Shown here: positions 63,403-64,000 of the stretch, one piece after another
Layout of the letters: each line of letters starts with the position of its first letter
Numbering within the stretch: the first letter of the stretch is position 1
Assembly (NCBI GenBank): GCA_964187785.1
Contig: CAXLNC010001180.1
Coordinates: 1 to 64,000, forward strand
Origin: Amphiscolops sp. MND2022
Lineage: Eukaryota
Reading direction: 5' to 3'
DNA: 64,000 nucleotides
Translations under genes and position numbers: made by a program
Notes under the pieces: generated by a model
What the model saw: the letters and a program-made list of their open reading frames with translations, nothing else
Databases searched by the model: none
What the model was told of the DNA's origin: nothing

Positions 63403-63685
63403 CTTCTCTACTGGGCTCTCTCAACTTCCCACCTTGAAGCCTCTGCTTCAACCTTGCAAGGTTGGTTTGAGCCTGAAGTCTCACATGCCCATCAAGCATC
63501 TCATCTCATCACCTGGAAGGTGTTTTTCTCCATGGCTTCTCTTTTCATGGCTTCTCTTTTCATGGACACTGCACTGTGCTCATTGCTCCCAAGTGCCTCC
63601 TTAACATGGTATTATTCCTGACTCTGCCTCTCTGTCCCCATAATGGGTTTCCCTGCATCCCAACAAGACTGTAAGGACATTTGCA

Positions 63686-63993
63686 TGGAGCTTACCAGGC
63701 TCTGGCTGCACTTTGCTCATTGCTCCCAAGACATGGTATATTTCTTATTCCTGACTCTGCCTCTCTGTCCCCATAGTGTGTTCCCTGCATCCCAACAAGA
63801 TTATAAGGACATTTGCATGGAGCCTACCAGGCTCTGGTTCAAACATGCCCCTCTTCCAGCCACAAAAAATGCTAGGCATAACTCTGCATGGAGCCTACCA
63901 GGCTCTGGTTCAAACATGCCCCTCTCCCAGCCACAAAAAAATTCTGTAGCCACAAGACTTGGAGCCTACCAGGCTCTGGTTCAAACATGCCCC
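63686..63993. repeat. Spaced direct repeats ggagcctaccaggctctggttcaaacatgccc
   Basis: Three full copies plus one variant, upstream of the minus-strand ORF. Confidence 0.85.
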
Positions 63994-64000
63994 AGCTACA

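Noticed and set aside
63686-63993. CRISPR-like repeat-spacer array (also considered for 61424-61630)
   Set aside because: Spacers are homologous to each other, no cas genes are present, and the context is eukaryotic.

Overview
Eukaryotic, repeat-rich draft assembly with ten N-gaps. It is most likely dinoflagellate, inferred from 40-130 bp exons, AG|G junctions and GT/GC/GA donors. I found no rRNA, tRNA or CRISPR array, and nearly all ORFs in the supplied track are artefacts of microsatellites, N-runs or repeats. (1) A + strand gene enters from the left edge. Five exons (639-740, 1421-1512, 5809-5879, 20022-20091, 20401-20448) splice in frame into the C-terminal part of an AMP-binding/adenylation (ANL-superfamily) domain: ...AYQGRADDLVKVGGVWVDVGDIQRQLQAVGGVREACIV...LRALLPPDFALFLVPALPRKPGTDKVDRQKL... 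Less certain exons then continue into hydrophobic, membrane-like sequence, with no carrier-protein domain visible in between. (2) Its introns are inflated by seven related 1.3-2.8 kb non-coding terminal-inverted-repeat elements sitting in or beside (TA)n microsatellites, and by dozens of small, often nested, palindromic MITE-like elements. (3) At the right end lie the 5' LTR, primer-binding site and truncated gag of a probable Ty1/copia retrotransposon, several minisatellites, and an intronless minus-strand ~530-aa ORF broken by one extra base in an A6 run.
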